This document shows, piece after piece, positions 1 through 10,170 of a DNA stretch of 20,000 nt. A program made the position numbers and the translations under genes. The stretch's first letter is position 1, and each line of letters begins with the position of its first letter. The notes below the pieces were generated by a model. The model saw only the letters and a list, made by a program, of their open reading frames with translations, ran no database searches and was not told the origin of the DNA. Source of the DNA: Catajapyx aquilonaris (taxonomy: Eukaryota); assembly GCA_000934665.2 (NCBI GenBank), contig KZ538433.1, positions 50,542 to 70,541 on the forward strand, written 5' to 3'.

Positions 1-1939
1 ACGCGCCTGCCTTATTGAACTGTATATATTTTAATTTCTACGTTCGAGGGTCTAAATCTGGCCCTGGTCGGAGGAGGAGGGGGGCGGGCGTAATATATGT
101 CAAATGGCACAGGGCGCCATCTCACATAACGCCGGCCATAATGTACCTGGTTTGGAGGCTCCTTGCCTGGCTTCTGAACTGCTTTCTGGTTCACATAAGG
201 CTTTCCAGCATCCTTCAGACACTTGGCTTTCATGTCTTTCCCCTCCTCAGGGGTTTCCTTGCGTCTTTCGGCTTTATTTCTCTGAGCAATAGTAGTGGCA
301 CTTGCAATGAAGCTGCCTGCACCCGCCATCTTAGATGGAAGATACACCCTTCTACTCCGACAAGCTACCTTTGAAACTCTGCTGTGATGAGCGAAATCGA
401 CGCGTACGGACCCAGATGGTATATGATGGAGCAGGAGGGATACTATACCTTCTCCACCAACCAGTTCAATTTTGGCAATTTTGCGAGATACACCTTTCTT
501 CGAGGGAGGGGCTCAAATGATACTGAAGATGATTTGAACCCTTCCTGGAGCATCAGGCTGTAGTGTAGTTTACAAGTTGTTTACTATCTGGGTGCCCCTG
601 GCAACTGAACAGCCTGCTCGCCTAGTTCTTTCCATTCTTTTACCTTATTGTTCTGAACGAACCTATGCAGATCTATTGTAAGTCGCAAACGAATGATCAT
701 AAAAAAAAATGGCCAGCTAAAGGAAAGTGGCCAAGTGACAGCCACTGAGTTTTAGGTGACTTTGCAAGGAATAGACTGTGAGTCTACACTTTGGCTGGTA
801 AAGCATGCATTCTGAGGGTAAACTTCCTTTGTGAGAATAGAAACAACAACTAAACGGAGATGCAAACATACAGCACATCTCTTGGGCCATTTTCACCGTT
901 TCCAAAGCAGAAAACACTCCCCCGAGGCATGAAACCAGGCCCCAATGTTTTTCATTGAAACTAATATAATCAGAGAATATCTTGAAAATCCCTACAAGTA
1001 ACTATTCCAAAGTAACTGCTTAAAATAAGCAAAAATAATAATAAAATCAAACTATAAGGGCATTTCAATTGGAACACACTGCATACCTCTGAAATATATT
1101 ATTTGTGATGCAGAGAAACAGATCAAATGCGTATTTTGTTTTAGCATTGTGAACTTGACATTTAAATTGTTTCCATGAGGAAACAGAATTTCAAATATTG
1201 GATCCACTGTGTAATTAATGCATTGTGAATGCTGGCATATATGTGTTCTGGTATGCAACTGGGTATACCAACCACTGGTGTACAATGCAAAAGTAGCTGC
1301 TACTCTTGAAACCACCAGTAGCCCAAGACACTGACTTCAACAACAGCTACACCTAACCATTAGGAGTTATTAACAAACATAATGACCATTTCTGTGGCAC
1401 TAAAGGGCGACACATTTTGTGTTTATTTATAATTCTTTCTGTATGTTTTTGAAAATGCTTGTATTTCATTCCTGAATGGCTGCACTTGCGAAAATTGTGG
1501 CGCCTTTGTTTACAGTTGCATGTTCCACAGACCAAAGGATAAAGTGAACTGAGATACAACTCGACTTGCATATCATTCTTACCTATTCAAATTACTCTGA
1601 GAATGGTCCTGAGAATTGATATCTCTGCCATGAAAACCTACACTTCATTAGCCCATAACACGCTCCATAATATCGGAATTACAAGCAGTTGTAATGGCAT
1701 GCCGTTGTCTTAGCAGTTGAGGGGGGGAGGAATCAATATCAGCTTTAAAAATTAGGCTTGCTGCACTCTCTTTCGACTGTCCCCAAACGCCACAGTTGAA
1801 ACTCACCTCCTTTTCACAGCATATATGGCCTACCGTTGATCTTGAACGTTACACCGTTGCCGGACGAAACTAGCATGGGAGCAGTGTACATTCTGGGTGG
1901 AAGACAGTTCGTTTAACAACAATGGCTGCCAAATATTGC

Positions 1940-1971
1940 TATGATTGAAGAACGTATGATTGAAGAACGTA
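1940..1971. repeat. Short tandem duplication (tatgattgaagaacg) x2
   Basis: Two exact adjacent 15-bp copies. Confidence 0.85.
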
Positions 1972-2763
1972 GCTGCTGTAAAAAGCAGCTATTGGGATTG
2001 ATGGCAAAGTCAGGAAATAAGCACCTTACTGTCTACCGTATATCATCGCGTAGTATAAAATTAATATCGTGGTCTGTCATATGACATGCTTGTATTTTTC
2101 TGTGATAATTTCTGACTCAACCGAGAAATTATGATGTCTGATATCTAAGCTAATATTCTAAATAGCAGCTAAAATAAGTGCTACCAGTCCCTCTCAGTAG
2201 CTCCGTAGTACTCTGGTTGTACCAAGCTACCGTACTGCATGTGACTGCATCATAACTGTACACTTGTACAGGCAAGAGCTGGTACAGGCTATTGCTTACA
2301 TCATGTACAATAGCATTCATACGCTGACACGTATGACAAGTTGTTGACACTCCAAAATTAATAAGTTTAATATAGATCAAATCCTAGTTTCTCCCACATT
2401 TAAGTGAAAGAAATCCATCATGCTGCAAGCGTGAATTATTAAAATAAAAAAATTTCAGATCATTAGCGCCTGCACTGATTATACCTGGTTTATTAGAATC
2501 TATTAGAACACTAATGCATTATCATCATTCACTCCGGATATCATACTGTATGTGCATGTGTGTGTGCAGTACAAGTGCAAGTGGACAGGTGTCGTGGAGA
2601 GCGGTGGTGAGCGTACAGTTCGGAATACAGCCGGCAGGTGGTGTGCCTTGTGGTTTCGTCCTAAACTCCTAATCGGCCGGTAGTCGTTCGGATTCGGATT
2701 GGCGTGCTAATTCCGTGCAGAAAAAAGGTCGCAAAAAATCAGAATTGCGACCACATTGCGACC

Positions 2764-2826
2764 ATGACCCAGTGTGGCTGCAAAGCGAAGATTCCAGAGG
2801 CGGAGGCGGAGGCGGAACGTCACGTG
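2764..2826 (+). CDS. Tps1: Putative coding exon 1 of Tps1 (MTQCGCKAKIPEAEAEAERHV)
   Basis: accATG at 2764, 21 open codons, then a strong donor GTG|GTAAGC at 2827. Phase 0 matches the acceptor ttccag at 3061-3066 and keeps the Tps1 frame. No homology support for this peptide. Confidence 0.55.
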
Positions 2827-3066
2827 GTAAGCGATGGCGACCTGCCCAAGGTCTCGCCGGCTGTTTATTCCATTTTTTAAAATGTTTCCACTGCCGCAAC
2901 AATTTCTTATCGCCAATAAGATACCTGTAGAGTACACAGAAGCACCTGCTGCTTGCCCAATTGGCCAATTAAATAACGCGGCTGTGCCTTGCAAGATGCA
3001 AGGCGCATCATATGTTGAGAGCGTGCAAAAGGTAGGGGTGACCTCAACTCAGTATCATGTTTCCAG

Positions 3067-3269
3067 GACAGTGATAAAGGTTCTGAAGCCTTGGAGAAGG
3101 AGGAGGAGCAGGGGGTGGGGGAGGAGCCGCACTTTTTGGGAGAGATGTCTCACTTGCCCTCACAACTGTCCCAGACCATCATGGGGCGCAATCCCATGAT
3201 TGTTGTGTCCAACCGGTTGCCCTTTGTGCTCAAGAGGAATGCAGAGGGGAAACTCACTAGGCAGACCAG
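3067..3269 (+). CDS. Tps1: Tps1 coding exon 2 (acidic N-terminus plus MIVVSNRLPFVLKR start of the GT20 domain)
   Basis: VVSNRLP is the conserved TPS/OtsA N-terminal motif. Donor AG|GTGAGA at 3270. Phase-2 join with 11389 gives AG+T = Ser and the sequence RQT-SAGGLV. Alternative in-frame ATGs at 3145 and 3181. Confidence 0.9.
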
Positions 3270-3429
3270 GTGAGACAGTTACGGTGTTTGAACTTTAGGA
3301 GACTTTTAGAGTGTAACTGTTTTTGGTATTATATAATTAAGATTCCCAAGAAGTTGAGAATTTATACTCTTACAAGGAACAAAACTGTGCCTGAAGTACT
3401 GAGGAATACCAATGGAAAGTGGCAATTTA

Positions 3430-3577
3430 GGGCCAGTTGCACCGGCCTCAGTATAACTTAGAACCTCGGGTATAACAAGAATTGCCATAGCAATCATTGT
3501 TGGTCAACAATGATTGCTATGGCAATTCTTGTTATACCCGAGGTTCTAAGTTATACTGAGGCCGGTGCAACTGGCCA
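3430..3577. mobile_element. Palindromic PIF/Harbinger (Tourist-like) MITE
   Basis: Perfect 72-bp arms (3431-3502 and 3505-3576) with a 2-nt spacer. Terminus GGGCCAGTTGCA. TTA on both sides (3427-3429, 3578-3580). Confidence 0.85.
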
Positions 3578-3849
3578 TTATGGAGTTAACATACTCAGTT
3601 GGCTATATGACTTGTGCTGGTTGGGTATAAGGATTGTCAGTACAGTATATAGGCCTACTATGATGCACCATCATGGAGATGAAAACTCAACTGAACTAAT
3701 GTAACTATATTAAACATGACCCATTACAGACATTATGTCAGGCTGGTTTTTGTTTTGTCTGCATTTCTTTTTCTTCTTCATAATCTTAGGGGTAGTGCAT
3801 TCACCTTACCGGTATCTAGCATGGACCTTTATTATTACTTAATCGTACA

Positions 3850-4123
3850 TTAGATGTATGTACATATCGGAACCATTTTGCGAAATGTCCGCGCCCACGG
3901 GCAGGATGACAGAAGGGGATGTGCAAAGTGCAGTACAATGTCGTTGCTAATGTCATTTTGTGAGCTCCCCTGGGTGGATTGGTCTATGGAAATTCCACCC
4001 GAGACAAAGCCAGAGACGACCCAACTCTGCACGAGATGAAGGGGGGAACCCCGAGCTGGGATCAAACCCGGGACCTTAACATCCGTGGACGTAATACGTT
4101 ACTGCACCTCCACTCCTCGTCCC
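3850..4123 (-). mobile_element. tRNA-derived SINE, diverged
   Basis: Minus strand: GGGACGAGGAGTGG head, B-box-like GGTTTGATCCC (4058-4068), tacatacat tail. Shares cattagc(a/t)acgacattg with the SINE at 9693. Confidence 0.65.
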
Positions 4124-4649
4124 TTTGTCGGCACAATATTGATATTGTATCACGGTATCAACTGACCATTATCTTTCCCGACCATTATGAGCCTGAAAAT
4201 GGCAGAGTCATGTGAGCAGGCTGAAAATGGGGTATGGTAATTCCACCTAAAATTTATCATGTATTGTGTTCCGCCCTGACAAGGTCTTTCTGCTACCTCT
4301 TTGCGAGCCTCTTAGGCTAAGTACATAGTGTCACAGCATCCTTGTCCGTAGTAAATTGATGAGACTTTTTATGGCGCAGCTGTAGGAGTGGCTATACGGT
4401 GCTGATTTGACCATAGTGAAATATGCATATTTCCAGGGAACTAAGCCACAGATTGAAAATCTGAGACCTACTTCTATTGTAGTGATCATATGATATTGCC
4501 ATTTTTGCAATGCTAAATGTTTTAAACAAGATGGTACTTAAATCAGGTTTAAAAAAAATAATGACAAGTGTCTGACACAGCAAATAATAGTGTACTACTG
4601 AGGTTAGGTGCACTTGAATTTTATGCCATTGTAATAAAAGTTAATGTTA

Positions 4650-4680
4650 ATAATAATGATGATGATGATGATGATGATAA
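4650..4680. repeat. (AAT)n/(GAT)n microsatellite
   Basis: taataatgatgatgatgatgatgatgataa. Confidence 0.8.
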
Positions 4681-4926
4681 AACAGCAAACCCTTCCATGA
4701 TCACATTAGCAGTCTCGTCAGATAGTTTTGAATAGTTCTCAATATTAATGTTTTTTCTGCATGGGAGTGTGGCGGCTATGGGGAGAGTCAGTAGAACAAT
4801 TTTTGCTTTTTATTGGAACAAATAACGTAAAATCTGGGACATGATACCAACTTCATGAATTGAGCCAGTCATTGCTCAAGTGTGATTCCATTTTTCTTGC
4901 CTTTTGTTCCCCAACACAGATACTTA

Positions 4927-5098
4927 CAGTAAAACCTCGATATAATGCTCTTCAAGGGACCTCCAAAAAGTAGCGTTATAAGCGGCGTAGCATTATATGT
5001 GAGAAAATTTACCTTATGGAAATGATCAAGGGACCGAAAAAAGGGGCGTTAAAAGTGGGAAAGCACTAAATGCGTAGCGTTATATCGAGGTTTTACTG
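4927..5098. mobile_element. Tigger/pogo-type MITE (172 bp)
   Basis: TA|CAGTAAAACCTCGATATAA ... TTATATCGAGGTTTTACTG|TA. Confidence 0.9.
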
Positions 5099-5123
5099 TA
5101 TAGTAACCTATTCAAATAAGATA

Positions 5124-5891
5124 CAGGTAAAATCTCATTACAACGAAGCCCGCGGGACCGGGCAAATCTTTTCGTAGTAACGGAATTTCGTTAAATCGAG
5201 ATTTGTTATTTTTATTTCCCCCGCAAGTATGACCGAATCTGTCAACTCCTGGCACACCTGTACGTCGTCATCTGCGGCTACAAAATCGTGAAAGGTAACT
5301 TCATCCGGCACTCTGATGCTTTCAGCATCGGGCCTCCACACAGACAGGTCGTCACGGTCATCTGAGTCTTCACTGTCCTGGTCACTCCCCGAAACCGACA
5401 CTGCCGACCCCTTAAAGGCCCATTCACACAGGCCGTCGACGGTTTTGGTTTTTGGTCTCGTCGACCCCGCGGACCAATCAGAGCGGGCCTTCACGTAAAC
5501 AACGCGTCATGGTTACCGTGAGGGCCCGCTCTGATTGGTCCAAAACCAAAACCGTCGACGGCCTGTGTGAATGGGCCTTAATGCAACTTCTACCCCAACA
5601 TTTCACAATTGTTGACGGTGTTACACACGACCACACACTCGCTTATCGCTAGACAGTGCTGGAGCACATGTGGCGGAGCATTGCACTAGTGCATATTTCG
5701 TTATATCGAGTTCAATACTAGCCGGGGAACCACCTTACGTATTCGTTGTACTGAAAATTTCGTAGTAACGTATTTCGTAATAACGGGATTACAAATACAT
5801 TGCTCTTACGGCTGGCCAACCAAATTTTTATTTTTATTGCGTTCTATTGAAATTTCATTGTATTGGTATTCGCTAAAACGATATATTACTG
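5124..5891 (-). mobile_element. Non-autonomous Tigger/pogo element with transposase C-terminal remnant
   Basis: TA|CAGGTAAAATCTC ... ATATATTACTG|TA. Minus-strand peptide VTFHDFVAADDDVQVCQELTDSVI and, beyond the nested MITE, VWSCVTPSTIVKCW resemble the Tigger post-DDE region. Confidence 0.75.
5416..5578. mobile_element. PIF/Harbinger-type MITE nested in the Tigger remnant
   Basis: TIR AGGCCCATTCACACAGGCCGTCGACGGTTTTGGTTTT at both ends. TAA duplication at 5413-5415 and 5579-5581. Confidence 0.88.
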
Positions 5892-6399
5892 TATTACATT
5901 TTTGTACATGAGGTTGCTGCATGTTGTGAGTTACATAATAGGCTGATAAGAATAGCTTGCTGAACCAGCAGGTAGTCTACGTACGCATATATATTTTTTC
6001 CTCATTATTTTCTGTGAAATTACATGGTTGGGGCTTTTCAGATTTTGTGCTAGGTACCGGAAGTATTTCGCAAGCTATACTAAGAAATGATGCAATAAAG
6101 CTATTTATGATGTGGCTGAATGGCAATCTTCCAAGTTATACTTGAGACTAGCATTCCTTGAAGTTAGATGACAGGCCATGAATAAGATGTTATTTCTTGT
6201 TCATGTAACTTAACAAGAGTGCATATAAAGATATTATTAATGCTTGACTGGTTATGTCATAATAATCCTTGTGTGAAAGGTGATACAAAATTTTACTAGG
6301 GCAGTTAACCTGGCTTTTCCAAGTATATTTTCCAGTGTGTTCTAATTCTTTTTCAGTTAGAGGCTTTTTGAGACTGACATGCTTATTACTAAGCAGTTA

Positions 6400-6984
6400 C
6401 AGTAAAACTTCTATAAGTCGAATCTCCATGGGACCGGGAAAAATTTTCGAGTTATAGAAGATTCGAGTTAGAGAAGTTTGGATTTTTTAAAGCACAGAAC
6501 TCTATAAGGAAGCCTACCTTTATATCCAGACACGAAAGGTTTTCAAAACTTAAACATAACTGTCACTATCACACTTGCAATGTTCCTCGTTGTTTTGGTG
6601 TATAAAAAACTCCGTGATGGACATTTGCCTACGCTTAGATTCAAGGATTCAATGGTCACAATCGAGTCAAACACTTCTTTCGGTGCGTTTGGTAGACGGA
6701 GATCAGGAAATTGAGCCTTTCTGTACATGTGGCCTACTCTCGACCCTTCGGCTGTGAAATGAAAAAATTTTCCATACTATTCGCCAACATGAACTTCTAC
6801 TTAGGGAGACTGAAAATGCATTGATATCCCATCGTAAGGCCCTGCCAGCACTTCGAGTTATATAAATTCGAGTTAGGGAAGTTTATTTCCCTTTATTTTA
6901 CATTGTGACCAACCAAGCTCGTCATTTTCTTCGACTTATAGAGAACATCGACTTAGGGAAGTTTGACTTATATAAGTTTTTCTG
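6400..6984 (-). mobile_element. Tigger/pogo-type non-autonomous element
   Basis: TA|CAGTAAAACTTCTATAAGTCGAA and an imperfect inverted copy at 6962-6984. Repeated TTCGA(G/C)TTA subterminal motifs. Minus-strand QMSITEFF at 6604-6627. Confidence 0.75.
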
Positions 6985-7196
6985 GACTTTTAGGGGCTAT
7001 TAGTACATTTCAGATAATAGAGGAATATCACATACCTCCCCTTATGATGGAGTTGTTGCATTTTGATTTGTGACATTGTACAGTACATTTTAAAGTTATG
7101 CTGATGTTCCTCTTTCTTTTGAGTATGTGCTTGTTGGGTTTTGTTTATTCCCTGCCAAAGAAATCATTAGCAGAAAGTTCAATCTCCTACCAAGGA

Positions 7197-7241
7197 GGGG
7201 GGCGTGGTGGTCTAGTGGCTAGCACCACGGCCTTCCACCTC
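7197..7241 (+). mobile_element. 5' head of a tRNA-derived SINE interrupted by the foldback element; body appears to resume at about 8565-8650
   Basis: GGCGTGGTGGTCTAGTGGCTAGCACCACGGCCTTCCACCT matches the head of the SINE at 11103. The 8570-8650 segment (gagtttt...tctctccatg...ggtttt) resembles that SINE's body. Confidence 0.6.
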
Positions 7242-7242
7242 G

Positions 7243-8564
7243 GATTACACTATGCAACAAAAATCAACTTTTTTTCTGTCCATGGAAATTCATTTCCTTA
7301 GGTCACTTGTAACTCATAATGACCATTCATTTTGACTTTGATTTGTTTTTGACCTTGGGGCAGTCAAAAAACCAAATTCCTCAAATACAGCAGTTTTTCC
7401 CAATCAAGTGGGCCTAAATGTTGCTAGACCATCCCGGATTTTGCTGTAGAAAATCGTAGCTGTACACACCTATGCCATAACACTGCACATCAAGTTTCAG
7501 CCAAATTGCAAAATACAGTGAGGATGAAAAAATCGCGAAATTTTGGAAATGGAGCCTTTTTTGGGTAATTTTTTTTCAGTTAGTGAGAGTGGTCAAAACC
7601 CAATAAACACAACAATCAAATTAAGAGAATCGCGAGGAGAATGTACCTATGGTATTTGTTTTCCTCGAAAATGTAACCAGAAAAACCTATGGCAGTCCAT
7701 CGGTCACATGCCCAGTCACATGTCCAAGTATTTAGACCCCAACAATTAGTTATGTATTTCCATAAGAGCAACCACATTTGGTGACAGATGTTGTGACCCA
7801 TACAAGATTTAATATGTTCAGTTTCAAGCCTGGGTCAGGCATGGCTCACAAGAAAATATTAGAGATGTTTTGCACATTTACCATTAATTTTAATGGAGCC
7901 AAATTCTTGGACATGTGACCAATGAAATGCCACACACGTTTTTCTTGGCATTCTCCTTGTGTTTTTCTTTCATTCGATGTACACCCGCGAGCATAAAGAT
8001 GGAGACGGCCGGCCCTCACCTTCGGCAGGCTGCTCTGTCAATCTCAGCAATTACGGTATCAAATATACTGTCATAAATACACGGACACACGCTTGAAGCA
8101 GCACACTCGGTCCAAAATATAGTTCATTAATTTGAGTCGGATAAAGAAAGGTCAAAAAAGGGCCTGCCGTCTCCATCTTTATGCTCGCGGGGGTACATGT
8201 TGATTGGGTTTTGACCACTTCCACTAATCGAAAATATTATCCAAAAAAGGCCCCATTTCCAAAGTTTCAAGAATCCTTCCCTCCCCACAGTATATCGCAA
8301 TTTGGCCGAAATTTTATGTGTACTGTTACGGCATCTGTGTGGACAGCTGAGATATTTTTCAGCAAAATCCGAGATGGTCTAGCAACATTTAGGCCCACTG
8401 GATGGGAAAAACCCCTATATTTGAGGATTTTGGTTTGTTGACTGCCCCGAAGTCAAAAACAAATTAAAGGCTAATTATGAGTTATTATGAGTTATGAGTG
8501 ACCTAAGGAACATGGAAATAGCGATGAATTGCTATGGACAAATATCTCGTTGCATAGTGTAATC
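7243..8564. mobile_element. Long foldback TIR element (about 1.3 kb), superfamily unassigned
   Basis: Termini GATTACACTATGCAAC / GTTGCATAGTGTAATC. Imperfect inverted arms continue for several hundred bp, e.g. gtgggcctaaatgttgctagaccatc versus gatggtctagcaacatttaggcccac. Confidence 0.85.
7982..8193. mobile_element. Tc1/mariner-type MITE nested in the foldback element
   Basis: TA|CACCCGCGAGCATAAAGATGGAGACGGC ... GCCGTCTCCATCTTTATGCTCGCGGGGG|TA. Confidence 0.88.
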
Positions 8565-8723
8565 TTCTCACATGGAAAGAGTTTTATAGGATCTCTCCAT
8601 GCTTGAATAGGTTTTTGTGTGGTTTTAGCATTCTCACTGTAAACATCCGTCATAGTGCAGACAATGAACAATATTCAGTGTTGAAAGGAAGATTTTCGAA
8701 AAGTTCCCAGTAGGCATATCACA

Positions 8724-8952
8724 CCGAAGCAGGTTGGCATAGTGGATAACGCGTCCAACTGCTAATCGGGAGGTCCTGGGTTCGAATCCCGGGGCCGGCA
8801 ACCTAGACCGTGGTTTTCTGTGGTTTTCCACGGTCTTTCTAGGATAATTCCGGGGTCACTTCCGTATAATAGGCCACAGCCGCTTCCTTCCTTCCCTATC
8901 CTTGGAGGTTGAAAGGCAATGCTGGGCCAACCTCCTTAAATATAAATTATAA
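8724..8952 (+). mobile_element. Full-length tRNA-derived SINE with intact Pol III boxes
   Basis: A box TGGCATAGTGG (8735-8745), B box GGTTCGAATCC (8779-8789), AT-rich tail. Perfect 15-bp TSD AGTAGGCATATCACA at 8709-8723 and 8953-8967. Confidence 0.92.
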
Positions 8953-9340
8953 AGTAGGCATATCACAGACTATCCAGTTATTTTTAAGATTATTAATTAG
9001 GGGAATGATTAATTGCCCACAAGTTCCATATTCATTACTGCCTGCTCTCTATCTTGATTGTTCCACATTGGTGCTCTTAACCTTGGTATTTCACAAAAGG
9101 TTTAGTGTACACACCCATGATTTTGCTTTTAGTGAGTAGCAACCCAATATAATTTGATACAGATTAAATGACTATACATATTTCAGGTGTTTAAAGAAGG
9201 TGAAAGAGTATCAAGATAAGATTAGTTTTTATCAAGGATATGATGTAGTATGGTAGATCAATATGCTCTTGAGTACTATTATGTTAAGAAATAAGCACAA
9301 TTACTAGGCTGAAAGAGCTCTCATGGCTATTCTACTAGAA

Positions 9341-9450
9341 CAGCGGTTCTCAAACTTTGCGCAATAGGGGCCCACTGGGAAGTAATTCCAGATATTGTGC
9401 CCGCCCCTTTTTTTCGGCGAAAGCGAATAAGCCCGTGCCAGGCGAAGTTT
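9341..9450. mobile_element. Solo hAT (Charlie/Buster-like) terminus
   Basis: CAGCGGTTCTCAAACT preceded by tacTAgaa. No partner end nearby; the internal boundary is approximate. Confidence 0.5.
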
Positions 9451-9692
9451 TTTTTTTTGTTCAAGAGCACACATGCTTAGGTGAATGTAATAACTGACAA
9501 AGTACAGGGGAACCCTCCTATACTGTAACCACATCGTATATAAGCAAGTAGAAAGGTCGGTCCCTTCATATTTCCAGCAGTGCCAATGTACAAGTGCAGT
9601 TGAATTTGGATATAACAGACTTGTCTGCTATTTTCTGACTGCACAAATCCTTATTCAAAACTGCACTTTTGGCTTTCAGAATTGCATGAATT

Positions 9693-10060
9693 GGGGGAGG
9701 TGTGGTGGCCGAGATGGTAACGTCTCGGCTTGCTGAGTGAAAGGCCCCAGGTTCGATCCCCGCCTGGGGAACTTTCCTTTCACCTGCGTCAGGAGAGTCT
9801 CTGACCTGCACCAAGGAGGTGTCTGGCAACCTAACCTCCTGGGGAACAGCACATGACCCATTAGCTACGACATTGCACCTTGCACCCATGTTCCCTCCCA
9901 AAAAATCCCAATCCTTTCCCATCGTCCCTGTTTCCTTGCACCGGTGTATGAAGCAGAAAATATATGCAGAAAACTGATGGTGGTATGCCACCCCCCTATA
10001 GCACCCATAAGGGTCATCACGGGGTAAACCAAATAAAAAATATATACATAATAATAATAA
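9693..10060 (+). mobile_element. tRNA-derived SINE (about 370 bp)
   Basis: GGGGGAGGTGTGGTGGCCGAGATGG head, B box GGTTCGATCCC (9750-9760), A/(ATA)n tail. Homologous along its length to 10595-10955. Confidence 0.88.
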
Positions 10061-10170
10061 TTCTTGTAACCATGTCTCGTTGTACTAACATGATGTACAG
10101 TACCATTATGCTGCTGGAATGACCTCTTAAATAGAGATTGAATGTGATGACTATTTATATGTCTTACAAG

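Noticed and set aside
2570..2830. E-box cluster (CAAGTG, CAGGTG, CACGTG) as a Mondo/Mlx carbohydrate response element
   Set aside because: No pair of E-boxes with the required 5-nt spacing was found.
2834..3199. 121-aa ORF and a donor-like AG|GTAGGG at 3032
   Set aside because: Out of frame with Tps1 and no recognisable motif; the implied 35-nt intron is implausibly short.
3306..3704. Two ORFs with identical N-termini (MIAMAILVIPEV...) on opposite strands
   Set aside because: Artefact of the perfect palindrome. The same applies to the paired ORFs at 5138/5452.
8724..8800. tRNA genes at 8724, 9693, 10955 and 11103
   Set aside because: A/B boxes are present but no proper acceptor stem is evident. 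They continue into SINE bodies with tails, two of them with clear TSDs.
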